Origin: Eledone cirrhosa
Taxonomy: Eukaryota
Reading direction: 5' to 3'
Assembly (NCBI GenBank): GCA_964016885.1
Contig: OZ024742.1
Span: 369,706,001 to 369,770,000 of the forward strand
DNA: 64,000 nucleotides
Each line of letters opens with the position of its first letter. The stretch's first letter is position 1. The position numbers and the translations under genes are program-made. Below are positions 10,735 through 23,400 of the stretch, piece after piece. A model generated the notes under the pieces. That model saw only the letters and a program-made list of their open reading frames with translations, searched no databases and was not told the DNA's origin.

Positions 10735-10921
10735 GGCGGTGGATTGGCAGTATCGGTAGAGGGTCAGACGCCTTGCTTTGACGCATAGAGTTACGGCCCT
10801 TGCCATTCTGAGTTCAAATCCTGCCGAGGTTAACTTTGCCTTTCATCCTTACGGGGTCGATAAAATAAAGTACCAGTAATACACTGGGGTAATAGCTGGC
10901 CTTGTGCCAAAAGTAGAAACA
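10735..10921 (+). mobile_element. Full-length tRNA-derived SINE (family A)
   Basis: GGCGGTG start, A-box-like tggcagtatcgg, B-box gagttcaaatcc (~10810), same body as 9507-9690. Possible short TSD attattaa at 10726-10733 and 10922-10929. Confidence 0.88.
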
Positions 10922-11185
10922 ATTATTAAAGAAATCTGTAAAATGGTTGTTTTGGCGCCACAATAAAATGTGCCTGAAATTGAAATAGAAGCTTGGCTGT
11001 AACATTTTCACTAAAATAGTCTAATAATGGGGCATATAAAGCCACTGGAAAAAGATGGACATTAGCACATGTGTGCTTCCATTTCTATTTAAATTCCAGT
11101 TTAGTTGATATTGTAAACCATCTGAATAGAAAGGTAGTTATAAACACGTAACCGAGATTTGTAAAATATTGTCCAACTTTTACAG

Positions 11186-11213
11186 GTAATCTCTGCAACA
11201 TCAGCTAAACAAG
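11186..11213 (+). other. Possible 28-nt host microexon
   Basis: Acceptor cttttacag| and strong donor AAG|gtaaga in non-repetitive DNA; open frame VISATSAKQ. No other support. Confidence 0.2.
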
Positions 11214-11669
11214 GTAAGACTTCAGTGAAGAGAAGAAACTGATTATATTTTATATGTACAACCAACAGTTATCTTCTAATACAAAACTAAATCATGTGAG
11301 GAATTTGTATTTTTCCAAGATATTTGGCAACCAGTAATGTTTCAATTAATTTGGTTCACAGCTTTAAATTCCATTCCTTAGAACAGAAGCCACAACCAGA
11401 CATATTGTTATTGTTTTTCAAGACATGTTAAGGGACTGTTGAAAGTCTAGCCAGAAGTTTAGGGTCTCTCCCTTTTTACATTATTGAATTTTTCTCCTGT
11501 TTCTGTTCCTATTTATTATTTCTATCTCTTAAAAACAAAATATTATATTCATGCCATTTTTATATTTTTATTTTCTTAATAAATACAAACTATACTCTGG
11601 CTATATTTTCAAATCACAAAAAATAGACAAAATAAATCTGATTCTATGTATTATACATGCACCTTTGAT

Positions 11670-11728
11670 GAGTTGAAGTGCACCTGAGCACTGTACACAA
11701 TAATTTCATTCATTATTATTATTATTAT
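11670..11728 (+). mobile_element. Very short 3' end of the same CR1 family
   Basis: agtgcacctgagcactgtacacaata plus (ATT)n matches the reverse complement of ~2500-2526. Confidence 0.8.
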
Positions 11729-11820
11729 AAAGTTGGATAATTATATTTTATAATCACAACTGGTTTTCATTAATAGAATAGCATCATATAGATATTTTCC
11801 TATATATATATATATGATCA

Positions 11821-12027
11821 GGTCAGGCTTCTACCTTCTACTGGTATCATGTAACCCAGTACAACCTGCTTCACAGTTGAGTGGTTGGCGAATAAAGCGC
11901 CTTCCAATCAGACCCTGGCCTGGTCAGGCTTCTGCTTTCTACTGGTACCATGTAACTTACTACAACCTGCTTCATAGTTGAGTGGTGGGTGACTAAAAAG
12001 GCTCCCCCATCAGGCTATGGTCAGGTG
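11821..12027. repeat. ~101-bp tandem duplication (2 copies)
   Basis: ggtcaggcttct...ctactggta.catgtaac...tacaacctgcttca.agttgagtgg at 11821 and 11922. Confidence 0.8.
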
Positions 12028-12997
12028 AGGAGGGTAAGTGGAACTCCAGTAGTACAAAAAACAAAAGCTGTTAAAAGGACAGATGAATTCCTCAGTCAAT
12101 AGCCATCCACTATAGGATAAATAGCCTCACTAACCTGCAATTGGACAGGTGTAGTGAGTACGGTTACACCCCTGACATGACCAAAACCAAACAGAAAGGG
12201 GTGGAGGTCAACCAGAGAGGGGTTCCTCCAACAGGAGAGAGAAGGCCCTAGACTGACATTCAGAGAGAAGGGTGGTGGAGCTGGATAGTAGTTTGGTTTC
12301 TAGTTCTCTGTGTATTGGTCTAGGGCTGTAACTAATTTTCTACATAAAACTGCTTGTCCTAGTGCATCATTGTAGAGGGGTGCTGATTTGTTAAATATAT
12401 CTCTGCTAGAGGAGAGGTTGGAAATTCACCTACTTATGAAATAGATTATTAAACACAGTTGCACAAGAGATTAATCTGCTATGTTTAATAAGATACAGAT
12501 CACTACATAAGTTTACATGACATATTTTAAGTAATATAAAATATGTCTATGTCTACATATAAAGGGCACATTCATTTGTAATTACAATTCATTCAGATAA
12601 TGATATATACGGGTGTGTATATATATATATATGTGTGTGTGTATATATATGTATATATACGCACACAAACATATATGTAAATATATATATATATATTTGT
12701 AGTAAGGTTGCTTGGATGCGTCCATAGGCGGTATGCCGGTTGAGCACTCTATGCTCCTTCGGAGCACAGTTTAATAATATGGAAACCGAAGAATCCGTGA
12801 TGCCGGAGAAACAATTGTAATACATTAATAAATTGTGTTCCGATGCATCACTGAATCTTCGTTTTCCATATTATATATATACACAGATATTTAATTTGCT
12901 GGTAATTCAACAAATTTATTTATTATATCAGATTCGAAGCAGTCTACAGGTTTCCTGGAGTATAATATCAATGATATTAATAAATGGAAACTATATT

Positions 12998-13060
12998 TAT
13001 TTTATTATATATATTTCAAGGGTACCAAAAAACTTTGGTACGCACTCATCAGATAAAATA
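12998..13060 (-). ncRNA. Mirror copy of the minimal hammerhead motif
   Basis: Exact reverse complement of 13200-13262, lying in the left palindrome arm. Confidence 0.7.
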
Positions 13061-13199
13061 CAAAATTTGTTTTATAAATAATGACATACAATAAACCAGA
13101 CCTTAACGGTTCAGGTTCCATTTGGATAGTCTATCCAAATGGAACCTGAACCGTTAAGGTCTGGTTTATTGTATGTCATTATTTATAAAACAAATTTTG

Positions 13200-13262
13200 T
13201 ATTTTATCTGATGAGTGCGTACCAAAGTTTTTTGGTACCCTTGAAATATATATAATAAAATA
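13200..13262 (+). ncRNA. Minimal type I hammerhead ribozyme motif
   Basis: Stem I tattttat / ataaaata; CTGATGA at 13208; stem II gtaccaaa/tttggtac; GAAA at 13243; palindromic stem III tatata; UH = TA (13253-13254). The base of stem II is mismatched. Confidence 0.7.
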
Positions 13263-13486
13263 AATATAGTTTCCATTTATTAATATCATTGATATATATA
13301 TATATATATATATAATTGGAGGCTTAGTAAAATCGAATCTTTGGCGGTGTTCTGGGTTATGTATATACATATATATATATATATATATAACAAGGAGGGT
13401 GTGGTAAGATACCAGGTGGACCATAAACCACCAGTGTACTCAATACTTAGGGTAGTAGAGTGGGTAATAGGAAAAGAGTCTTTTCA

Positions 13487-13527
<41 letters not shown>

Positions 13528-13967
13528 ATGTGTATATATATATATATATATATATGTATATGTATATATGTATGTATAAACGATGACGATGATGATATAT
13601 CAATAAATATAAAAAGAAAAAAAATATATACAAACAAAAGAAACGAAAGGAAAAGAAAAGGAAAAGGAAAAGAAAAAGGAATGAAAAGATTTGTGATAAT
13701 GTGTAGAAGCAGCAGCAAGTTCTTCAGATATCTTGAGAAATATGAAGTCTGAGAAAAGAGATGATAGAATGATAATGGCAATAAGTCTTAAAAAACCTTA
13801 CAATATAAATTGTGTCGTCATCACAATTGATTCTGGATAAATTCTAGAGAATTCTTCAACACCTTGGCAAATTCTATATCTTCCAACATATATTGTTATT
13901 TCAAGAACATCGTAGTAGTAAAATCTACAACCGTCACTCACAATTAAGTATAACTTGGTAGAATATA

Positions 13968-14225
13968 TGGTGGTAGATGGCCTTGTGGTAAGGGTGTTGG
14001 ACTTGTGATTATAATGTCATGGGTTCAATTCCTGGGTTGTGTGCTGTGTTGAGAAAAACATTTCATTTCACATTGCTTCAGTATATTCAGCTGAAATTAA
14101 GTATCTGGGAGTTTAACCATGTGATGGACTGGTGTCCTATCCAGGGGCGAGTCTTGTACCCTCAGTTGCCATATCAAAACAGGGATAAGCAGCAGTCTGA
14201 TGAGACTGTGCTCAAGACAGACTGG
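13968..14225 (+). mobile_element. Degenerate tRNA-derived SINE (family B)
   Basis: A-box tggccttgtggt, B-box ggttcaattcc (~14022), then a CORE-like stretch and tgtgatggactggtgtcctatccagggg...gggataagc, which resembles conserved central domains of metazoan SINEs. Confidence 0.65.
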
Positions 14226-14304
14226 TAGTACCATGTTTTTACTAAGAGTTTCAGGTGCCCTGCATTAGTAACTTCATCCCTTCCTTGGCCATGTGACAAC
14301 TGCA

Positions 14305-14445
14305 CAAGTATTGACTAGTGCTTTCTTTATCAATTCTAAAAGGATGAAAGTGATAAAAGTGAACCACAATGGGATTTGAACTCAGAGTGCAGTGAACTGG
14401 AACAATCAATAACCAATTCTCTAACAATGCTGTCAAATCAATCAC
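14305..14445 (-). mobile_element. Old diverged SINE related to family A
   Basis: tttatcaattctaaaaggatgaaag...gggatttgaactcaga parallels family A (tttatcgaccccgtaaggatgaaagg...gggatttgaactcaga). Confidence 0.6.
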
Positions 14446-14454
14446 CTGATCATA

Positions 14455-17400
14455 TTGTAGTCTTTAACCCTTTTATTACCATACTGTAGCGTTTAGATGT
14501 TTCATTGTCATACTGTGGTGTTTAACCCTTCCAATATCATATTGTGGTGTTTAACCCTTCCAATATCATATTGTGGTGTTTAACCCTTCCAATATCATAC
14601 TGTGGTGTTTAACCCTTCCAATATCATACTGTGGTGTTTAACCCTTCCAATATCATACTGTGGTGTTTAACCCTTCCAATATCATACTGTGTGTTAACCC
14701 TTTATACTGTGGTGTTTAACCCTTCCAATATCATACTGTGGTGTTTAACCCTTCCAATATCATACTGTGTGTTAACCCTTTATACTGTGGTGTTTAACCC
14801 TTCCAATATCATACTGTGGTGTTTAACCCTTCCAATATCATACTGTGTGTTAACCCTTTATACTGTGGTGTTTAACCCTTCCAATATCATATTGTGGTGT
14901 TAACCCTTTCATTGTCATACTGTGGTGTTTAACCCTTCCAATATCATAATGTGATGTTTAACCCTTCCAATATCATATTGTGGTGTTAACCCTTTCAATA
15001 TCATATTGTGGTGTTTAACCCTTTCAATATCATATTGTGGTGTTTAACCCTTCCAATATCATACTGTGGTGTTTAACCCTTCCAATATCATATTGTGATG
15101 TTAACCCTTTCATTGTCATACTGTGGTGTTTAACCCTTCCAATATCATACTGTGGTGTTAATCCTTTCATTGTCATACTGTGGTGTTTAACCCTTCCAAT
15201 ATCAGACTGTGGTGTTAACCCTTTCAATATCATATTGTGGTGTTTAACCCTTTCAATATCATATTGTGGTGTTTAACCCTTCCAATATCATACTGTGGTG
15301 TTTAACCCTTCCAATATCATATTGTGATGTTAACCCTTTCATTGTCGTACTGTGGTGTTTAATCCTTCCAATATCATACTGTGGTGTTAACCCTTTCAAT
15401 ATCATATTGTGGTGTTTAACCCTTTCAATATCATATTGTGGTGTTTAACCCTTCCAATATCATACTGTGGTGTTTAACCCTTCCAATATCATATTGTGTT
15501 GTTAACCCTTTCATTGTCGTACTGTGGTGTTTAACCCTTCCAATATCATACTGTGGTGTTAATCCTTTCATTGTCATACTGTGGTGTTTAACCCTTCCAA
15601 TATCATACTGTGGTGTTAACCCTTTCAATATCATATTGTGGTGTTTAACACTTTCAATATCATATTGTGGTGTTTAACCCTTCCAATATCATACTGTGGT
15701 GGTTAAATCTTCCAATATCATATTGTGATGTTAACCCTTTCATTGTCGTACTGTGGTGTTTAACCCTTCCAATATCATACTGTGGTGTTTAACCATTCCA
15801 ATATCATATTGTGATGTTAACCCTTTCATTGTCATACTGTGGTGTTTAACCCTTCCAATATCATATTGTGGTGTTAACCCTTTCATTGTCGTACTGTGGT
15901 GTTTAACCCTTCCAATATCATACTGTGGTGTTTAACCCTTCCAATATCATACTGTGGTGTTTAACCCTTCCAATATCATACTGTGTGTTAACCCTTTATA
16001 CTGTGGTGTTTAACCCTTCCAATATCATACTGTGTGTTAACCCTTTATACTGTGGTGTTTAACCCTTCCAATATCATACTGTGGTGTTTAACCCTTCCAA
16101 TATCATACTGTGTGTTAACCCTTTATACTGTGGTGTTTAACCCTTCCAATATCATATTGTGGTGTTAACCCTTTCATTGTCATACTGTGGTGTTTAACCC
16201 TTCCAATATCATACTGTGATGTTTAACCCTTCCAATATCATATTGTGGTGTTAACCCTTTCAATATCATATTGTGGTGTTTAACCCTTTCAATATCATAT
16301 TGTGGTGTTTAACCCTTCCAATATCATACTGTGGTGTTTAACCCTTCCAATATCATATTGTGATGTTAACCCTTTCATTGTCATACTGTGGTGTTTAACC
16401 CTTCCAATATCATACTGTGGTGTTAATCCTTTCATTGTCATACTGTGGTGTTTAACCCTTCCAATATCATACTGTGGTGTTAACCCTTTCAATATCATAT
16501 TGTGGTGTTTAACCCTTCCAATATCATACTGTGGTGTTTAACCCTTCCAATATCATATTGTGATGTTAACCCTTTCATTGTCGTACTGTGGTGTTTAATC
16601 CTTCCAATATCATACTGTGGTGTTAACACTTTCAATATCATATTGTGGTGTTTAACCCTTTCAATATCATATTGTGGTGTTTAACCCTTCCAATATCATA
16701 CTGTGGTGTTTAACCCTTCCAATATCATATTGTGTTGTTAACCCTTTCATTGTCGTACTGTGGTGTTTAACCCTTCCAATATCATACTGTGGTGTTAATC
16801 CTTTCATTGTCATACTGTGGTGTTTAACCCTTCCAATATCATACTGTGGTGTTAACCCTTTCAATATCATATTGTGGTGTTTAACACTTTCAATATCATA
16901 TTGTGGTGTTTAACCCTTCCAATATCATACTGTGGTGTTTAACCCTTCCAATATCATATTGTGATGTTAACCCTTTCATTGTCGTACTGTGGTGTTTAAC
17001 CCTTCCAATATCATACTGTGGTGTTTAACCATTCCAATATCATATTGTGATGTTAACCCTTTCATTGTCATACTGTGGTGTTTAACCCTTCCAATATCAT
17101 ATTGTGGTGTTAACCCTTTCATTGTCGTACTGTGGTGTTTAACCCTTCCAATATCATACTGTGGTGTTTAACCCTTCCAATATCATACTGTGGTGTTTAA
17201 CCCTTCCAATATCATACTGTGTGTTAACCCTTTATACTGTGGTGTTTAACCCTTCCAATATCATACTGTGTGTTAACCCTTTATACTGTGGTGTTTAACC
17301 CTTCCAATATCATACTGTGGTGTTTAACCCTTCCAATATCATACTGTGTGTTAACCCTTTATACTGTGGTGTTTAACCCTTCCAATATCATATTGTGGTG

Positions 17401-20400
17401 TTAATCCTTTCATTGTCATACTGTGGTGTTTAACCCTTCCAATATCATACTGTGATGTTTAACCCTTCCAATATCATATTGTGGTGTTAACCCTTTCAAT
17501 ATCATATTGTGGTGTTTAACCCTTTCAATATCATATTGTGGTGTTTAACCCTTCCAATATCATACTGTGGTGTTTAACCCTTCCAATATCATATTGTGAT
17601 GTTAACCCTTTCATTGTCATACTGTGGTGTTTAACCCTTCCAATATCATACTGTGGTGTTAATCCTTTCATTGTCATACTGTGGTGTTTAACCCTTCCAA
17701 TATCATACTGTGGTGTTAACCCTTTCAATATCATATTGTGGTGTTTAACCCTTTCAATATCATATTGTGGTGTTTAACCCTTCCAATATCATACTGTGGT
17801 GTTTAACCCTTCCAATATCATATTGTGATGTTAACCCTTTCATTGTCATACTGTGGTGTTTAACCCTTCCAATATCATACTGTGGTGTTAACCCTTTCAA
17901 TATCATATTGTGGTGTTTAACCCTTTCAATATCATATTGTGGTGTTTAACCCTTCCAATATCATACTGTGGTGTTTAACCCTTCCAATATCATATTGTGA
18001 TGTTAACCCTTTCATTGTCGTACTGTGGTGTTTAACCCTTCCAATATCATACTGTGGTGTTAATCCTTTCATTGTCATACTGTGGTGTTTAACCCTTCCA
18101 ATATAATACTGTGGTGTTAACCCTTTCAATATCATATTGTGGTGTTTAACACTTTCAATATCATATTGTGGTGTTTAACCCTTCCAATATCATACTGTGG
18201 TGTTTAACCCTTCCAATATCATATTGTGATGTTAACCCTTTCATTGTCGTACAGTAGTGTTTAACCCTTCCAATATCATACTGTGGTGTTTAACCATTCC
18301 AATATCATATTGTGATGTTAACCCTTTCATTGTCATACTGTGGTGTTTAACCCTTCCAATATCATATTGTAGTGTTAACCCTTTCATTGTCGTACTGTGG
18401 TGTTTAACCCTTCCAATATCATACTGTGGTGTTTAACCCTTCCAATATCATACTGTGGTGTTTAACCCTTCCAATATCATACTGTGTGTTAACCCTTTAT
18501 ACTGTGGTGTTTAACCCTTCCAATATCATACTGTGGTGTTTAACCCTTCCAATATCATACTGTGTGTTAACCCTTTATACTGTGGTGTTTAACCCTTCCA
18601 ATATCATACTGTAGTGTTTAACCCTTCCAATATCATACTGTGTGTTAACCCTTTATACTGTGGTGTTTAACCCTTCCAATATCATATTGTGGTGTTAACC
18701 CTTTCATTGTCATACTGTGGTGTTTAACCCTTCCAATATCATACTGTGATGTTTAACCCTTCCAATATCATATTGTGGTGTTACCCCTTTCAATATCATA
18801 TTGTGGTGTTTAACCCTTTCAATATCATATTGTGGTGTTTAACCCTTCCAATATCATACTGTGGTGTTTAACTCTTTCAATATCATATTGTGATGTTAAC
18901 AATTTCATTGTCATACTGTGGTGTTTAACCCTTCCAATATCATACTGTGGTGTTAACCCCTTCAATATCATATTGTGGTGTTTAACCCTTTCAATATCAT
19001 ATTGTGGTGTTTAACCCTTCCAATATCATACTGTGGTGTTTAACCCTTCCAATATCATATTGTGATGTTAACCCTTTCATTGTCGTACTGTGGTGTTTAA
19101 CCCTTCCAATATCATACTGTGGTGTTAACCCTTTCAATATCATATTGTGGTGTTTAACCCTTTCAATATCATATTGTAGTGTTTAACCCTTCCAATATCA
19201 TACTGTGGTGTTAAACCCTTCCAATATCATATTGTGATGTAAACCCTTTCATTGTCGTACTGTGGTGTTTAACCCTTCCAATATCATACTGTAGTGTTAA
19301 TCCTTTCATTGTCATACTGTGGTGTTTAACCCTTCCAATATCAGACTGTGGTGTTAATCCTTTCATTGTCATACTGTGGTGTTTAACCCTTCCAATATCA
19401 TACTGTGGTGTTAACCCTTTCAATATCATATTGTGGTGTTTAACCCTTTCAATATCATATTGTGGTGTTTAACCCTTTCAATATCATACTGTGGTGTTTA
19501 ACCCTTCCAAAATCATATTGTGATGTTAACCCTTTCATTGTCATACTGTGGTGTTTAACCCTTCCAATATCATACTGTGGTGTTAACCCTTTCAATATCA
19601 TATTGTGGTGTTTAACCCTTTCAATATCATATTGTGGTGTTTAACCCTTCCAATATCATACTGTGGTGTTTAACCCTTCCAATATCATATTGTGATGTTA
19701 ACCCTTTCATTGTCGTACTGTGGTGTTTAACCCTTCCAATATCATACTGTGGTGTTAATCCTTTCATTGTCATACTGTGGTGTTTAACCCTTCCAATATA
19801 ATACTGTGGTGTTAACCCTTTCAATATCATATTGTGGTGTTTAACACTTTCAATATCATATTGTGGTGTTTAACCCTTCCAATATCATAATGTGGTGTTT
19901 AACCCTTCCAATATCATATTGTGATGTTAACCCTTTCATTGTCGTACTGTAGTGTTTAACCCTTCCAATATCATACTGTGGTGTTTAACCATTCCAATAT
20001 CATATTGTGATGTTAACCCTTTCATTGTCATACTGTGGTGTTTAACCCTTCCAATATCATATTGTAGTGTTAACCCTTTCATTGTCGTACTGTGGGGTTT
20101 AACCCTTCCAATATCATACTGTGGTGTTTAACCCTTCCAATATCATACTGTGGTGTTTAACCCTTCCAATATAATACTGTGTGTTAACCCTTTATACTGT
20201 GGTGTTTAACCCTTCCAATATCATACTGTGGTGTTTAACCCTTCCAATATCATACTGTGTGTTAACCCTTTATACTGTGGTGTTTAACCCTTCCAATATC
20301 ATACTGTGGTGTTTAACCCTTCCAATATCATACTGTGTGTTAACCCTTTATACTGTGGTGTTTAACCCTTCCAATATCATATTGTGGTGTTAACCCTTTC

Positions 20401-23400
20401 ATTGTCATACTGTGGTGTTTAACCCTTCCAATATCATATTGTGATGTTAACCCTTCCAATATCATATTGTGGTGTTAACCCTTTCATTGTCATACTGTGG
20501 TGTTTAACCCTTCCAATATCATACTGTGATGTTTAACCCTTCCAATATCATATTGTGGTGTTTAACCCTTCCAATATCATACTGTGGTGTTTAACTCTTC
20601 CAATATCATATTGTGATGTTAACAATTTCATTGTCATACTGTGGTGTTTAACCCTTCCAATATCATACTGTGGTGTTAACCCCTTCAATATCATATTGTG
20701 GTGTTTAACCCTTTCAATATCATATTGTGGTGTTTAACCCTTCCAATCTCATACTGTGGTGTTTAACCCTTCCAATATCATATTGTGATGTTAACCCTTT
20801 CATTGTCGTACTGTGGTGTTTAACCCTTCCAATATCATACTGTGGTGTTAACCCTTTCAATATCATATTGTGGTGTTTAACCCTTTCAATATCATATTGT
20901 AGTGTTTAACCCTTCCAATATCATACTGTGGTGTTAAACCCTTCCAATATCATATTGTGATGTAAACCCTTTCATTGTCGTACTGTGGTGTTTAACCCTT
21001 CCAATATCATACTGTGGTGTTAATCCTTTCATTGTCATACTGTGGTGTTTAACCCTTCCAATATCAGACTGTGGTGTTAACCCTTTCAATATTATATTGT
21101 GGTGTTTAACACTTTCAATATCATATTGTGGTGTTTAACCCTTCCAATATCATACTGTGGTGTTTAACCCTTCCAATATCATATTGTGATGTTAACCCTT
21201 TCATTGTCATACTGTGGTGTTTAACCCTTCCAATATCATACTGTGGTGTTAATCCTTTCATTGTCATACTGTGGTGTTTAACCCTTCCAATATCATACTG
21301 TGGTGTTAACCCTTTCAATATCATATTGTGGTGTTTAACCCTTTCAATATCATATTGTGGTGTTTAACCCTTCCAATATCATACTGTGGTGTTTAACCCT
21401 TCCAATATCATATTGTGATGTTAACCCTTTCATTGTCGTACTGTAGTGTTTAACCCTTCCAATATCATACTGTGGTGTTTAACCATTCCAATATCATATT
21501 GTGATGTTAACCCTTTCATTGTCATACTGTGGTGTTTAACCCTTCCAATATCATATTGTAGTGTTAACCCTTTCATTGTCGTACTGTGGTGTTTAACCCT
21601 TCCAATATCATACTGTGGTGTTTAACCCTTCCAATATCATACTGTGGTGTTTAACCCTTCCAATATCATACTGTGTGTTAACCCTTTATACTGTGGTGTT
21701 TAACCCTTCCAATATCATACTGTGGTGTTTAACCCTTCCAATATCATACTGTGTGTTAACCCTTTATACTGTGGTGTTTAACCCTTTCAATATCATACTG
21801 TGGTGTTAAACCCTTCCAATATCATACTGTGTGTTAACCCTTTATACTGTGGTGTTTAACCCTTCCAATATCATATTGTGGTGTTAACCCTTTCATTGTC
21901 ATACAGTGGTGTTTAACCCTTCCAATATCATACTGTGATGTTTAACCCTTCCAATATCATATTGTGGTGTTACCCCTTTCAATATCATATTGTGGTGTTT
22001 AACCCTTTCAATATCATATTGTGGTGTTTAACCCTTCCAATATCATACTGTGGTGTTTAACTCTTCCAATATCATATTGTGATGTTAACAATTTCATTGT
22101 CATACTGTGATGTTTAACCCTTCCAATATCATACTGTGGTGTTAACCCCTTCAATATCATATTGTGGTGTTTAACCCTTTCAATATCATATTGTGGTGTT
22201 TAACCCTTCCAATATCATACTGTGGTGTTTAACCCTTCCAATATCATATTGTGATGTTAACCCTTTCATTGTCGTACTGTGGTGTTTAACCCTTCCAATA
22301 TCATACTGTGGTCTTAACCCTTTCAATATCATATTGTAGTGTTTAACCCTTCCAATATCATACTGTGGTGTTAAACCCTTCCAATATCATATTGTGATGT
22401 AAACCCTTTCATTGTCGTACTGTGGTGTTTAACCCTTCCAATATCATACTGTGGTGTTAATCCTTTCATTGTCATACTGTGGTGTTTAACCCTTCCAATA
22501 TCAGACTGTGGTGTTAACCCTTTCAATATTATATTGTGGTGTTTAACACTTTCAATATCATATTGTGGTGTTTAACCCTTCCAATATCATACTGTGGTGT
22601 TTAACCCTTCCAATATCATATTATGATGTTAACCCTTTCATTGTCGTACTGTGGTGTTTAACCCTTCCAATATCATACTGTGGTGTTTAACCATTCCAAT
22701 ATCATATTGTGATGTTAACCCTTTCATTGTCATACTGTGGTGTTTAACCCTTCCAATATCATATTGTGGTGTTAACCCTTTCATTGTCGTACTGTGGTGT
22801 TTAACCCTTCCAATATCATATTGTGGTGTTAACCCTTTCATTGTCGTACTGTGGTGTTTAACCCTTCCAATATCATATTGTGATGTTAACAATTTCATTG
22901 TCATACTGTGGTGTTTAACCCTTCCAATATCATACTGTGGTGTTAACCCTTTCAATATCATATTGTGGTGTTTAACCCTTTCAATATCATATTGTGGTGT
23001 TTAACCCTTCCAATATCATACTGTGGTGTTTAACCCTTCCAATATCATATTGTGATGTTAACCCTTTCATTGTCGTACTGTGGTGTTTAACCCTTCCAAT
23101 ATCATACTGTGGTGTTAACCCTTTCAATATCATATTGTGGTGTTTAACCCTTTCAATATCATATTGTAGTGTTTAACCCTTCCAATATCATACTGTGGTG
23201 TTAAACCCTTCCAATATCATATTGTGATGTAAACCCTTTCATTGTCGTACTGTGGTGTTTAACCCTTCCAATATCATACTGTGGTGTTAATCCTTTCATT
23301 GTCATACTGTGGTGTTTAACCCTTCCAATATCATATTGTGATGTTAACAATTTCATTGTCATACTGTGGTGTTTAACCCTTCCAATATCAGACTGTGGTG

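Larger units (their letters stand above)
12965..13295. repeat. Perfect palindrome: 165-bp arms, 1-nt centre (13130)
   Basis: ...ccatttggatag T ctatccaaatgg...; the ORF track gives an identical peptide on both strands (12833+ and 13179-). Confidence 0.97.
12600..13580. mobile_element. Cluster of Penelope-like (PLE) pLTR fragments embedded in (TA)n/(TG)n microsatellites
   Basis: Short segments separated by (TA)n tracts, inverted repeats and minimal hammerhead motifs. No ORF is seen, so the family call is inference. Confidence 0.55.

Noticed and set aside
10735-10825. tRNA gene
   Set aside because: A/B boxes are present but there is no cloverleaf; it continues into a SINE body repeated elsewhere in the window.
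12555-12600. Minus-strand ctgaatga...ttgtaattacaa...gaat hammerhead-like string
   Set aside because: Both core boxes deviate; too degenerate to support.
12582-13781. Short Y/I-rich ORFs
   Set aside because: Translations of (TA)n tracts, A-rich low complexity and the palindrome.
14197-14225. CTGATGA in the SINE B 3' region as a hammerhead
   Set aside because: No GAAA or stems I/III follow.
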